A stretch of DNA of 40,046 nt from an uncultured Methylocystaceae bacterium (GCA_945956975.1 CAMFKC010000001.1:1-40046), one strand, 5' to 3'; counted from the first letter of the stretch, positions 10,119-19,267 are shown. A program made the numbers and translations. Notes: generated by a model from the sequence alone, not told the origin.

Positions 10119-11240
10119 TCAACGGATGTCGACCGACCGGCCGCTCCGTGCCGATTGCTGGATCGCCTCGACGCAGCGTTGCACCTGCCAGGCCTCGCGG
10201 AAATCCGTGACGCATTTGCCGCCTGACGCCCAGGCCGCCAGCAGCTCCGCGACCTCGATGACCTTCAGGTCGTTGAAGCCGAGATGGTGGCCAGCGGCGG
10301 GGCAGAACGTGCCGTAGGGGGGATGCGCCGGGCCTGCCTCGATCTTCGTGAAGCCGTTGCGGCCCGGCCCGCCGGCATGATGGATCAGCAGTTCGTTCAT
10401 GCGCTCCTGGCTGAAGGCGAGCGCGCCTTTGGTGCCGGTGATTTCCCAGCTCAGGTCCATCGTGCGGCCCGTTGCTGCCCAGTTGGCCTCGATGCTTCCC
10501 TCCGCGCCGTTCTCGAAGCGGAGCAGCGCATGGGTCATGTCGTCCACGACGACGGGTGTACGGTCGAGGCTTCCGGTCATCACGGGCCGCGTCCTGTGAA
10601 TGGTGCGGCTCTGGCCGGCGACGGCCGTGATCGGCCCGAGCAGGTAGCGCGCCATGGACAGGATGTGGCTGCCGATATCGGCAAGGGCGCCGCCGCCCTC
10701 GGGATCGGTGCGGAAGCTGTGCGGCGTGTCGGGATCGCACATGTAGTTTTCCGCATGGCGCCCGCGAAAGCCGGTGATCTCCCCCAGCTCACCCGACCGG
10801 ACGATCTCCTGCGCCAGCTTGATCATCGGATTGCGCAGGAAGTTGAAGCCGACCAGCGTCAGGGTGCCGGCCTTCTCCGCCGCCTCCGTCATCCGCCAGC
10901 CGCTCTCGGCGGTGATGGAAAGCGGCTTCTCGCAATAGACCGCCTTTCCCGCCGCAATCGCCGCCAGCACGATCGGTTCGTGCAGCACGTTCGGCGCGGT
11001 CACGGCGACGATATCGACCTCGGGGTCGGCGACCAGCGTGCGCCAGTCTCCCGTCGCCTTTTTATAACCGAGCAGGGCCGCGTTGCGGATCGCGCTCTCC
11101 TCGGAAATGTCGCTCAGCATGTGCGGCACGGCCTCGACCGGAAGATCGAACAGCCCGCCCACCGACCGGAACGCATTTGCGTGGCAGCGCCCCATGAAAC
11201 CCGCCCCGATAAGGCCGATCCTCGCCTTTCGCCTGTCCAT
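10119..11240 (-). CDS. Gfo/Idh/MocA-family NAD(P)-dependent oxidoreductase
   Basis: ATG 11240 follows GGGAGGA. N-terminal Rossmann motif RIGLIGAGFMGRCHA and the family EKP motif (VYCEKPL). Confidence 0.88.
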   Translation of the reverse strand: MDRRKARIGLIGAGFMGRCHANAFRSVGGLFDLPVEAVPHMLSDISEESAIRNAALLGYKKATGDWRTLVADPEVDIVAVTAPNVLHEPIVLAAIAAGKAVYCEKPLSITAESGWRMTEAAEKAGTLTLVGFNFLRNPMIKLAQEIVRSGELGEITGFRGRHAENYMCDPDTPHSFRTDPEGGGALADIGSHILSMARYLLGPITAVAGQSRTIHRTRPVMTGSLDRTPVVVDDMTHALLRFENGAEGSIEANWAATGRTMDLSWEITGTKGALAFSQERMNELLIHHAGGPGRNGFTKIEAGPAHPPYGTFCPAAGHHLGFNDLKVIEVAELLAAWASGGKCVTDFREAWQVQRCVEAIQQSARSGRSVDIR

Positions 11241-11303
11241 TCGATCCTCCCGTTCGATTTGCATCGGTCTTAGCCCGGCGGGTGGAGGATGCGAATTCCC
11301 CGG

Positions 11304-11320
11304 ATGTCCATTTTGGATAT
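11304..11320. promoter_or_regulatory. Candidate operator, 7-3-7 inverted repeat (site b)
   Basis: ATGTCCA-TTT-TGGATAT in the divergent intergenic region between the oxidoreductase genes starting at 11240 (-) and 11408 (+). Confidence 0.6.
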
Positions 11321-11407
11321 CTGCGGCGTCGAGTCGGCCGGCCGGCCGGCCTATCCAGAACCATCGGCCGGCGAGGAGCGGCTTTGCGAGGCAGTGCGGA
11401 GGACAAG

Positions 11408-13006
11408 GTGGAGCGAGCGGACGTGAAGTACGATTACATCGTCGTGGGGGCCGGCTCCGCCGGATGCGCGGTCGCGGGCCGCCTGGGCGAGGCCGGCAAG
11501 CGGGTGCTGCTGCTGGAGGCGGGCGGCAAGGATACCAGTCCCTGGATCCACATTCCCCTCGGCTACGCCAAGCTCTATGCCAATCCGAAGGTGAACTGGT
11601 GCTTCAACAGCGAGCCCGAGCCCCATCTCAACAATCGCCGGCTCTTCCAGCCGCGCGGCAAGGTGCTCGGCGGCACCGGCTCGATCAACGGCATGATCTA
11701 CATGCGCGGCCAGCCGGAGGATTTCGACAACTGGGAGGCGGGCGGCTGTAGCGGGTGGGGATGGTCCGGCGTGCTTCCCTATTTCAAGTCCTGCGAGGAC
11801 CAGCAGCGCGGCGCGAATGCGTTTCACGGCACGGGCGGTCCCGTATCCGTTTCGGACCTGCCGGGACCGCACCTGCTGGGAGAGGCGTTCCACGCCGCCT
11901 CCGAACGGCTCGGCGTGCCCCGCAACGACGATTTCAACGGCGCGGCCCAGCTCGGCACCGGCTATGTCCAGACGACGACCCGCAAGGGCCGCCGCTGGTC
12001 GACGGCGCGCGGCTACCTGCGCGGTCCCGCGATGGACAACATCACCGTCGCGCTCCACGCCCATTGCGAGAAGGTGGACTTCGAAGGCCGACGTGCCGTC
12101 GGCGTCGCCTGGACCGATCGCACCGGCCGTCACAGCGCCCGGGCGGGCCGCGAGGTGATCCTGTGCGGCGGCACCTTTTCCTCGCCGCAACTGCTTCAGC
12201 TTTCGGGCATCGGCCCCGCGCGCCTGCTGCGCGAGCATGGTGTCGACGTGCTGCACGACCTGCCCGGCGTCGGCGAGAACCTTCAGGACCATTTCGGCAT
12301 CGGCCTCGAATTCGAGAGCACCTCGCCGACGACGGTCAACGATCTCTACAACAACTGGCTGCGCGGCGGCGTCCAGTTCCTGCGCTATCTCCTGACCCGC
12401 AAGGGGCCTTTCGCCGACAACGGCAATTATTCCAACACCTTCATCCATTCCGGGCCCGATATTCCCACGCCCGACATGATGGTCACCTTCATGTCGTGGT
12501 GCACAAACGAGGAGCTGGTGCCCCACCCGTTTTCCGGCTTCACGATCCTGTGCGAGCATATGCGGCCGGACAGCCGCGGCCATGTGCGCATCCGCTCGGC
12601 GCGGAGCACCGACGCCCCTTCCATCCAGTTCAACTTCTTCGAGAGCGATGCCGACCACCGCGCCGCGCTGGCAGGTCTCAGATTCGGCCGGCGGATATCG
12701 CAGACCGACCCGATGCGCGGTTTCGTGCGCCGCGAGGTCTCTCCCGGCCTCGATGTCGAGAGCGACGACCAGATGATCGCCTATTGCAGGCAGAACGGCC
12801 TCTCGCTGCTCCATCCCGTCGGCACCTGCCGCATGGGCACCGGCGCCGACGCGGTGGTCGATCCGCGTCTGCGGGTCCATGGCGTCAGCGGGCTGCGCGT
12901 GATCGACGCCTCGATCATGCCGCGCATCGTCACCGGCAACACCAACGCCGCCTCGATCATGATCGGCGAAAAGGGCGCGGCCCTTGTTCTGGAGGAGACA
13001 GCATGA
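11408..13006 (+). CDS. GMC-family FAD-dependent oxidoreductase (choline/alcohol/sugar dehydrogenase-like)
   Basis: YDYIVVGAGSAGCAVAGRL FAD motif, GKVLGGTGSINGMIYMRG, and C-terminal HPVGTCRMG...VVD..LRVHGVSGLRVIDASIMP. The start is uncertain: GTG 11408 lies 4 nt after GGAGGA, and GTG 11423 is an alternative. Confidence 0.88.
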   Translation: MERADVKYDYIVVGAGSAGCAVAGRLGEAGKRVLLLEAGGKDTSPWIHIPLGYAKLYANPKVNWCFNSEPEPHLNNRRLFQPRGKVLGGTGSINGMIYMRGQPEDFDNWEAGGCSGWGWSGVLPYFKSCEDQQRGANAFHGTGGPVSVSDLPGPHLLGEAFHAASERLGVPRNDDFNGAAQLGTGYVQTTTRKGRRWSTARGYLRGPAMDNITVALHAHCEKVDFEGRRAVGVAWTDRTGRHSARAGREVILCGGTFSSPQLLQLSGIGPARLLREHGVDVLHDLPGVGENLQDHFGIGLEFESTSPTTVNDLYNNWLRGGVQFLRYLLTRKGPFADNGNYSNTFIHSGPDIPTPDMMVTFMSWCTNEELVPHPFSGFTILCEHMRPDSRGHVRIRSARSTDAPSIQFNFFESDADHRAALAGLRFGRRISQTDPMRGFVRREVSPGLDVESDDQMIAYCRQNGLSLLHPVGTCRMGTGADAVVDPRLRVHGVSGLRVIDASIMPRIVTGNTNAASIMIGEKGAALVLEETA

Positions 13007-14004
13007 CCATCGGTATTTCCGTTTTCGGCTCCGGCCGCATCGGCGTCATCCATGCCCGCAACGCGGCGAAGGCCGCCGGGGCGCGGCTTGTCAGCATCAT
13101 GAACCCGGACCGCGCCTTGGCGCAGCCCCTTGCCGACGAGCTCGGCGTGCCCGTCGTCGAAAGCGCGGAACAGGCGCTGTCCGATCCCGCGGTCGATGCC
13201 GTCATCATCTGCACGCCGACCTCCACCCATGTCGAGCTGATCGAGCAGACCGCCCGCGCCGGGCGGGCCGTCATGTGCGAAAAGCCACTCGACCTCGCCA
13301 TCGGCCGCGTCGACCGCGCCGTGGCGGTGCTGGAGGAAACCGGCACGCCCTTCATGCTCTCGTTCAACCGGCGCTTCGATCCCGGCGTCGCTGCGCTTCG
13401 CGCGGCGGTCGAGGCGGGAGAGGTCGGCGCGCTCAACATGCTGTCGCTGACCTCGCGCGATCCCGCGCCGCCGCCGATCGACTATGTCCGCCAGTCCGGC
13501 GGCTATTTCGCCGACAGCACGATCCACGACATCGACCTCGCCTGCTGGATAACGGGCGAACTACCGGTCGAAGTCCACGCCACCGGCTCCTGCCTCGTCG
13601 ATCCCGCCATCGGCGCAGAGGGCGATTGCGATACCGCGATGACGACCCTCAAGATGCCCTCGGGCGTGCTGGTCCATATCAACAATTCGCGCCGCGCCGT
13701 CTACGGCTTCGACCAGCGCATCGAGGCATTCGGCTCGGGCGGCATGGTGCAGACGGCCAACCAGCACAACGACAACCTTCTGCGGACTACCGCCGAAGGC
13801 TTCGCCAGCCAGTCGCCGTTGAAGCACTTCTTCCTCGAACGCTACGAGGCGAGCTTCGCCCATGCGCTCGACGAATTCGTCTCGGCGCTGCGCGAGCGGC
13901 GTGCGCCGTCAGCAACGCAGCGGGACGGGCGCAACGCGCTCGTCATCGCACTGGCATGCGAGGAATCGCGCACCACCGGCCGGGTCGTGCGGCCGCGATT
14001 CTAG
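13003..14004 (+). CDS. Inositol 2-dehydrogenase-like oxidoreductase (IdhA/IolG-like, Gfo/Idh/MocA family)
   Basis: The ATG overlaps the GMC stop (ATGA). Motifs VFGSGRIG, MCEKPL, FNRRFDP. Paralog of CDS 29727..30743 over the full length. Confidence 0.85.
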   Translation: MTIGISVFGSGRIGVIHARNAAKAAGARLVSIMNPDRALAQPLADELGVPVVESAEQALSDPAVDAVIICTPTSTHVELIEQTARAGRAVMCEKPLDLAIGRVDRAVAVLEETGTPFMLSFNRRFDPGVAALRAAVEAGEVGALNMLSLTSRDPAPPPIDYVRQSGGYFADSTIHDIDLACWITGELPVEVHATGSCLVDPAIGAEGDCDTAMTTLKMPSGVLVHINNSRRAVYGFDQRIEAFGSGGMVQTANQHNDNLLRTTAEGFASQSPLKHFFLERYEASFAHALDEFVSALRERRAPSATQRDGRNALVIALACEESRTTGRVVRPRF

Positions 14005-14117
14005 CCCCGGTTTTCGCGACGTTTCCCGCGCTTCCGACGGGAGCGCGGGACAGGCGGTTTTTCCGGATTCCGACTTGGATGGACATTCTCCAAGAATATC
14101 CAAAACGCGATGTTTCG

Positions 14118-14134
14118 ATATCCATTTTGGATAA
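14118..14134. promoter_or_regulatory. Candidate operator, 7-3-7 inverted repeat (site c)
   Basis: ATATCCA-TTT-TGGATAA, upstream of the second fusion-regulator gene. An extra ATATCCA half-site is at 14096-14102. Confidence 0.6.
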
Positions 14135-14290
14135 ATCTGCTGATCAGCGCTCTCCGGATTTCTGTCAGAACTGTCTGCGTCACCTTCCACTCATCCCTGT
14201 GAGCCAGCCGTGAACGAGCATGTTCCCATTTCCCTGTCTCCGCTTCGCACCCGCCTTGGACGGAGGCGGGATGGGATTTACGGTGCGAGG

Positions 14291-16003
14291 ATGAAGATGA
14301 TGGAGGAAAGCAACCGGGGCCTGCGCGACGGGCTGGATTTCCTGGAGAGCTTCTCGACCGAGCTGGGCAGCACGTTCGAGCTCGAGGCGCCGAACCCGTT
14401 TCTCAACATGGCGAGCCATCTCCTGCGGCACCATCTCGACGGTAAGCTCGTCACGCCGACGTCGCTCATCGCCGCTTCCGGCGTGCCCTATGCGACTGCG
14501 TCGCGCAAGCTGAAGGAGATGGAGCGCGCCGGGCTTCTGGAGCACCGCGAAAGGAGCAGGTCCGGACGCACGTTTTCGGTCCATCCGAGCGAACGGCTCG
14601 TCTCCGCCATGACCAACCTCATCGCCCGCAGCCGCCAGCTCGCCTCCCGATACATGGGCACGGGGCAGGACGACGGCAGCGCGTACTATTTCCAGAGCAC
14701 GCACCAGCAGGCGTCAACGATCCGTCCGCCACTCGTCTTGAACCGGGCCCTCTCGCTTTCCGGCGGCCTGCGCATCCTCGTGCATGGCGACCCGACCTTC
14801 ATGGTCATGGATAAGCTCAAGCGCCAGTTCGAGCAGATGGTCGGCGTCAAGATCAACCAACGGGCGTTCTCCATCGACCGGCTGCGCGAAGAGGCGATCC
14901 GCAATGCCGAGCGGCCGGCCAGCCGCTACGACATCATCGCCGTCGACCTTCCCTGGGTCGGCGAGTTCGCGGAAAAGGGCATTCTCGCCCCGCTCGACGA
15001 ACTCATGGACATCGGGCGCCTGAAGCCGGACGACTTTCACCCGGCCGGCTGGCGCGCGACCCATTGGGGCGGGAGGCCCTATGGCGTGCCGAGCCAGACG
15101 ACGCCCGAACTGCTGTTCTACCGGCGCGACCTCTTCGCCGAGGCGGGCCTCGAGCCGCCGGCGAGCGTCGAGGATGTGCTGAAGGCCGCCGAGGTCTTCC
15201 ACCGCCCGTCCCAGGGGCGCTACGGCATTGCCTGGAACGCGGCGCGCGGAACGGCGCTTGGCCATACATTCATCATGGCCTGCGCCGATTTCGGCCAGCC
15301 GGTGCTGGACCTCGCGCCGCTGGCCCATGGCTTCGACGCCGATATCGGCCTTCGCGATGACCTGCGCGCGACGATTGACACGCCGAAGGGCCTGGAGGCG
15401 GCGGAGTACCTGCGCGCGATGCTCGCCTACTCGCCACCCGACATTCTCTCCATGTCCTGGTACGAGCGCATCCGTCCCTATGCGGCCGGCAAGGTCGCGA
15501 TGGCCTATGGCTATACCGCGCTCGCGCCCTATTTCGAGCTGGATCCGGGCTCGCCAGCCTATGGGCAGACGGGCTACCTGCCGCATCCGGCCGGCCCCGG
15601 CGTTGCGCCGCATGCGACGGTCGGCGGATACATGCTCGGCATTCCCGCCAACCTTCCCGCCGAGCGGCGGGCGGACGCCATCGAGGCGCTGATCGCCTTC
15701 ACCTCGGCCGAGGCCCAGAAGCTCTTCGTGGTCAACGGCTCGCGCACCGCGCCGCGCTATTCGGTCGGCGCGGATCCGGAAGTGCGCCGCCGCTCGCCGA
15801 TCTTCGAGGCCGTCGACGCCATGTCCTGGCGCGAGGAGCTGCAGTTCTGGGCGCGCCCGCCCATCCCGAAGATCTCCGAGATCATCCGCATCTGCGGCGA
15901 GGAATTTCACGACATGCTGCGCGGTATCCAGCCGGCGCGCATCGCCTTGCAACGCGCCCAGGCCCGTGCCGACGCGCTCTTGAAAACGACGTCAACGAAT
16001 TGA
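14291..16003 (+). CDS. Putative transcriptional regulator, wHTH + family-1 solute-binding domain fusion (paralog of 8269..10095)
   Basis: Alignable by eye with CDS 8269..10095 over essentially the whole length, e.g. LVHGDPTFMVM.KLKRQFEQ, PYGVPSQTTPELLFYRRDLFA, GIAWNAARGTALGHTF.MACADFGQP. wHTH segment LVTPTSLIAASGVPYATASRKLKEMERAGLLEHRERSRSGRTFSVHPS. Start uncertain: ATG 14291/14297/14300, or GTG 14210 which has no SD. Confidence 0.75.
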   Translation: MKMMEESNRGLRDGLDFLESFSTELGSTFELEAPNPFLNMASHLLRHHLDGKLVTPTSLIAASGVPYATASRKLKEMERAGLLEHRERSRSGRTFSVHPSERLVSAMTNLIARSRQLASRYMGTGQDDGSAYYFQSTHQQASTIRPPLVLNRALSLSGGLRILVHGDPTFMVMDKLKRQFEQMVGVKINQRAFSIDRLREEAIRNAERPASRYDIIAVDLPWVGEFAEKGILAPLDELMDIGRLKPDDFHPAGWRATHWGGRPYGVPSQTTPELLFYRRDLFAEAGLEPPASVEDVLKAAEVFHRPSQGRYGIAWNAARGTALGHTFIMACADFGQPVLDLAPLAHGFDADIGLRDDLRATIDTPKGLEAAEYLRAMLAYSPPDILSMSWYERIRPYAAGKVAMAYGYTALAPYFELDPGSPAYGQTGYLPHPAGPGVAPHATVGGYMLGIPANLPAERRADAIEALIAFTSAEAQKLFVVNGSRTAPRYSVGADPEVRRRSPIFEAVDAMSWREELQFWARPPIPKISEIIRICGEEFHDMLRGIQPARIALQRAQARADALLKTTSTN

Positions 16004-16014
16004 GGAGGAACGTC

Positions 16015-16821
16015 ATGGATCCGAACCGCCTGAAGGGCAAGAACATCCTGGTCACCGGCGCCGCACAGGGCATGGGCGCCTGCAATGCCGAATATTTCGC
16101 CGCGCAGGGCGCCAATGTCTGCCTCGGCGACATCAATGTCGCCGGCGTGAACGACGTGGCGCGGCGCATCAACGAGGCCGGCAACGGCAAGGCGATCGCC
16201 GTCAAGCTCGACGTCACCAGCCGCACCGACAATGCCGAGGCGGTCGCGGCCACGGTCGATGCCTTCGGCTCCATCAACGTGACGCTCCTCAATGCCGGCA
16301 TCAACAAGCCCCTGATGTTCCTCGATATCACCGAGGAGAACTGGGACATGATCATGAACATCAACGCGAAGGGCCAGCTTCTCGGCATGCAGGAGGCGGC
16401 CAAGCAGTTCATCAGGCAGGGCAAGGAGAACGGGCCCTACAAGATCGTCAATGTCGGCTCCATCGTCTCGCGCCAGGCCTTCCTCGACGTCGTGCCCTAT
16501 TCGGCCTCCAAGCATGCGACGCTCGCGCTCATCAATGGCGGCGCCAAGGCGCTCGTCGAGCACAACATCACCGTCAACGGCTACGGTCCCGGCGTCGTGC
16601 GCACGGAACTGTGGGAGCAGCTCGACAAGGACCTCGTCAAGATCGGCATGTTCGAGAAGGAGGGCCAGTCGATGGATCACCTCGCAAAGACAATGATCCT
16701 GATGAAGCGCTACAGCTATCCCGACGACGTTCGCGGGACGGCCGCCTTCCTGTGCTCGCCCGAAAGCGACTACATGACCGGCCAGCTCATCATGATCGAC
16801 GGCGGCATGATCATGCAGTGA
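16015..16821 (+). CDS. SDR-family oxidoreductase (acetoin reductase/2,3-butanediol or polyol dehydrogenase-like)
   Basis: ATG 16015 follows GAGGAGGA. Motifs TGAAQGMG, NAG and S...YSASK. ITVNGYGPGVV and DYMTGQLIMIDGGM resemble BudC-type enzymes. Paralog of CDS 6244..7041. Confidence 0.88.
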   Translation: MDPNRLKGKNILVTGAAQGMGACNAEYFAAQGANVCLGDINVAGVNDVARRINEAGNGKAIAVKLDVTSRTDNAEAVAATVDAFGSINVTLLNAGINKPLMFLDITEENWDMIMNINAKGQLLGMQEAAKQFIRQGKENGPYKIVNVGSIVSRQAFLDVVPYSASKHATLALINGGAKALVEHNITVNGYGPGVVRTELWEQLDKDLVKIGMFEKEGQSMDHLAKTMILMKRYSYPDDVRGTAAFLCSPESDYMTGQLIMIDGGMIMQ

Positions 16822-16898
16822 CCGGCCGCCGCCGACCCTTTCCACCGATCCCTATCGCTATGACGCGCGCCCCTGACGGCTGCGCGAAGGAGAAAGCC

Positions 16899-18203
16899 AT
16901 GGCCATCACCACCGCCCTCAACCCCCGCATCCTCCAGCCCGGAGACATCGACCCGAACTGGCGCTGGGACCGGCATCTGCCGGCGCTCGGCCACACCGCC
17001 GTCGATTTCGAGCGACGCGTCGATCACGACCGCCTGCGCCGCTACCGCCTCAGCCGCGCCAAGGACGCGCTGAAGAAGTCCGGGCTTGGCGCGCTCCTGA
17101 CCTTCGACGTCAACAACATCCGCTACATCACCGGCACGAAGATCGGGGAATGGGAGCGCGACAAGATGTGCCGCTTCGCGCTTCTCGCCGGCGACGAGGA
17201 GCCCTTCGTCTGGGATTTCGGCTCCGCGGCGGTGCATCACAGGCAATATTGCGACTGGCTGAACCCCGACCATTGCCGTGCCGGCGTCGTCGGCATGCGC
17301 GGCACGATCCCGCCGTCCTTCGGCTTGATGAAATACTATGCCGAGGAGATCGCCTCGCTGCTGCGCGCCGCGGGCGTGCTCGACATGCCGGTCGGCGTCG
17401 ACTACGCCGAGACGGCGATGTTCTTCGCCTTGCAGGAGGCGGGCATCAAGGTCGTCGACGGCCAGCAGGTCATGCTCTCGGCCCGTGAAATCAAGAATGT
17501 CGACGAGATCCACCTCCTGACGCAGGCGGCCAGCATGGTCGACGGCGTCTACCACATGATCTGGGAGGAGCTGAAGCCGGGCATCCGCGAGAACGACATC
17601 GTCGCCATGGCCAACAAGCTGCTCTACGAGATGGGCTCCGACGACGTGGAGGCGATCAACGCGATCGCCGGCGAGCGCTGCAACCCGCATCCGCACAACT
17701 TTACAGACCGCCTGTTCCGCCCGGGTGACCAGGCGTTCTTCGACATCCTGCAGAGCTACCAGGGTTATCGTACCTGCTACTACCGCACTTTCAACATCGG
17801 CCGCGCGACGCCAGTGCAGCGCGACGCCTATGTGAAGGCGCGCGAATGGCTGGATGCCTCCATAGCGATGATCAAGCCGGGCGTCACGACCGACAAAGTG
17901 GCGGCGGTCTGGCCGACGGCCGAGAGCCTCGGCTTCCCGAACGAGCTGGCCGCCTTCGGCCTGCAGTTCGGCCACGGCCTCGGCCTTGCGCTGCATGAGC
18001 GCCCGATCATCAGCCGCGCGGTCAGCTTCGAAAATCCCATGGTCATCGAGACGGGCATGGTCTTCGCGCTCGAAACCTACTGCCCGGCCGCGGACGGCTA
18101 CTCGGCGGCGCGCATCGAGGAGGAGGTCGTCGTGACCGACAAGGGCTGCGAGGTCATCAGCCTCTTCCCCGCCGAAGAGCTGCCGATCGCCAACCGCTAC
18201 TGA
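16899..18203 (+). CDS. M24-family (creatinase/Xaa-Pro peptidase fold) hydrolase with an atypical metal site
   Basis: ATG 16899 follows GAAGGAGA. Pita-bread-fold motifs GDQAFFDILQSYQGYRTCYYRTF, FGHGLGLALHERP, GMVFALETY and RIEEEVVVT. The second metal-ligand Asp position is Cys (codon 17775-17777). Confidence 0.8.
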   Translation: MAITTALNPRILQPGDIDPNWRWDRHLPALGHTAVDFERRVDHDRLRRYRLSRAKDALKKSGLGALLTFDVNNIRYITGTKIGEWERDKMCRFALLAGDEEPFVWDFGSAAVHHRQYCDWLNPDHCRAGVVGMRGTIPPSFGLMKYYAEEIASLLRAAGVLDMPVGVDYAETAMFFALQEAGIKVVDGQQVMLSAREIKNVDEIHLLTQAASMVDGVYHMIWEELKPGIRENDIVAMANKLLYEMGSDDVEAINAIAGERCNPHPHNFTDRLFRPGDQAFFDILQSYQGYRTCYYRTFNIGRATPVQRDAYVKAREWLDASIAMIKPGVTTDKVAAVWPTAESLGFPNELAAFGLQFGHGLGLALHERPIISRAVSFENPMVIETGMVFALETYCPAADGYSAARIEEEVVVTDKGCEVISLFPAEELPIANRY

Positions 18204-18259
18204 CATCCCGCCGCGCCGGAGCGTCTGCCTCAGGTGCGGCCTTCACCGGGAAGAGATCC

Positions 18260-19267
18260 ATGACACAAAGGAAGACCAACTCCGACGCCTATCTGCGGAT
18301 GTACCGCCAGATGGTGCGCATCCGCGCCTTCGAGGACCAGGCGAATTCGCTTTACCTGTCGGCCAAGATGCCAGGGCTGACCCACATGTATTCCGGCCAG
18401 GAAGCGGTGGCGGTCGGCATCTGCGAGGCGTTGACGCGTGACGACAAGGTCACCTCGACTCATCGCGGCCACGGCCACTGCGTCGCCAAGGGTGCGGAAT
18501 TCAAGGAGATGTTCTGCGAGCTTCTCGGCCGTGCCGAGGGTTATTGCGGCGGCAAGGGCGGCTCCATGCACATCGCCGACCAGTCGAACGGCAATCTCGG
18601 AGCCAATGCCATCGTAGGCGGCTCGATGGGTATCGCCACGGGGGCCGCGCTTTCGGCCAAGCGTCTCGGGCGCAAGGATGTGACGGTCTGTTTCTTCGGC
18701 GACGGCGCGACGGCACAGGGCCTGCTCTACGAGGTCATGAACATGGCCGCGCTCTGGAGACTACCGGTCATCTATGCATGCGAGAACAACGGTTACAGCG
18801 AATATACCAAGACCGCCGAGATCGCCGCCGGCTCGCTGACGGCGCGCGCCGAGGCCTTCGGTATCGAAGCTTTCACCGTCGACGGCCAGGACGTGCTGGC
18901 AGTCAATGAGCTCGCACAGAAGCTGGTTGCCCGCTGCCGTAAGGGGGAGGGGCCGTTCTTCGTGCAGCTCGACACCTACCGCTATCACGGCCACCATGTC
19001 GGCGATATCAACCGCGAATACTACCGCTCCAAGGACGAGGAGGCGCTCTGGAAAAACGAGCGTGACCCGATCCTTAATTTCGGCCGCTGGCTGTCGGCCG
19101 AGGGCCTCGCGTCGGCCGACGAGCTCGCTGCCATCGAGAAGGCCGTGAAGGCCGATGCGGAAGCCGCCGTCGCCTATGCGCTGGCTGCGCCTTTCCCCGA
19201 TCCCTCGCAGGTGGGACGCCATGTCTTCACCGACATGATCGTCGCCCGAGGAGACCACAATGCGTGA
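18260..19267 (+). CDS. TPP-dependent 2-oxoacid/acetoin dehydrogenase E1 alpha subunit
   Basis: TPP-binding block FFGDGATAQGLLYEVMNMAALWRLPVIYACENNGY, plus YSGQEAVAVG and THRGHGH motifs. Confidence 0.9.
   Translation: MTQRKTNSDAYLRMYRQMVRIRAFEDQANSLYLSAKMPGLTHMYSGQEAVAVGICEALTRDDKVTSTHRGHGHCVAKGAEFKEMFCELLGRAEGYCGGKGGSMHIADQSNGNLGANAIVGGSMGIATGAALSAKRLGRKDVTVCFFGDGATAQGLLYEVMNMAALWRLPVIYACENNGYSEYTKTAEIAAGSLTARAEAFGIEAFTVDGQDVLAVNELAQKLVARCRKGEGPFFVQLDTYRYHGHHVGDINREYYRSKDEEALWKNERDPILNFGRWLSAEGLASADELAAIEKAVKADAEAAVAYALAAPFPDPSQVGRHVFTDMIVARGDHNA

Noticed and set aside
8668-10740. A 690-aa minus-strand ORF, the longest of several antisense or out-of-frame ORFs of 400-700 aa in the track (others: 23474..25570, 21123..22637, 16770..18206, 11351..12880, 14714..15952, 29547..31064).
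   Set aside because: These are typical high-GC shadow ORFs. The translations are Arg/Ala/Gly/Pro/Asp-rich low-complexity strings with no recognisable motifs. Each is fully overlapped by a gene on the other strand or frame that has clear family signatures, an SD and sensible operon spacing.
14074-14094. Additional inverted repeat CTTGGA-N9-TCCAAG upstream of palindrome site c, considered as a sixth operator.
   Set aside because: The arm orientation and spacing differ from the 7-3-7 consensus (TGGA precedes TCCA, with a 9-nt spacer), and only 6 bp match. It could be chance or an unrelated site.
16899-18203. Assigning the M24 protein a specific function (DMSP lyase DddP, creatinase, ectoine hydrolase DoeA, or prolidase).
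   Set aside because: Only the generic pita-bread fold motifs are recognisable by eye. The context lacks the partner genes of those pathways, and the Asp-to-Cys ligand change argues against a simple transfer of annotation.
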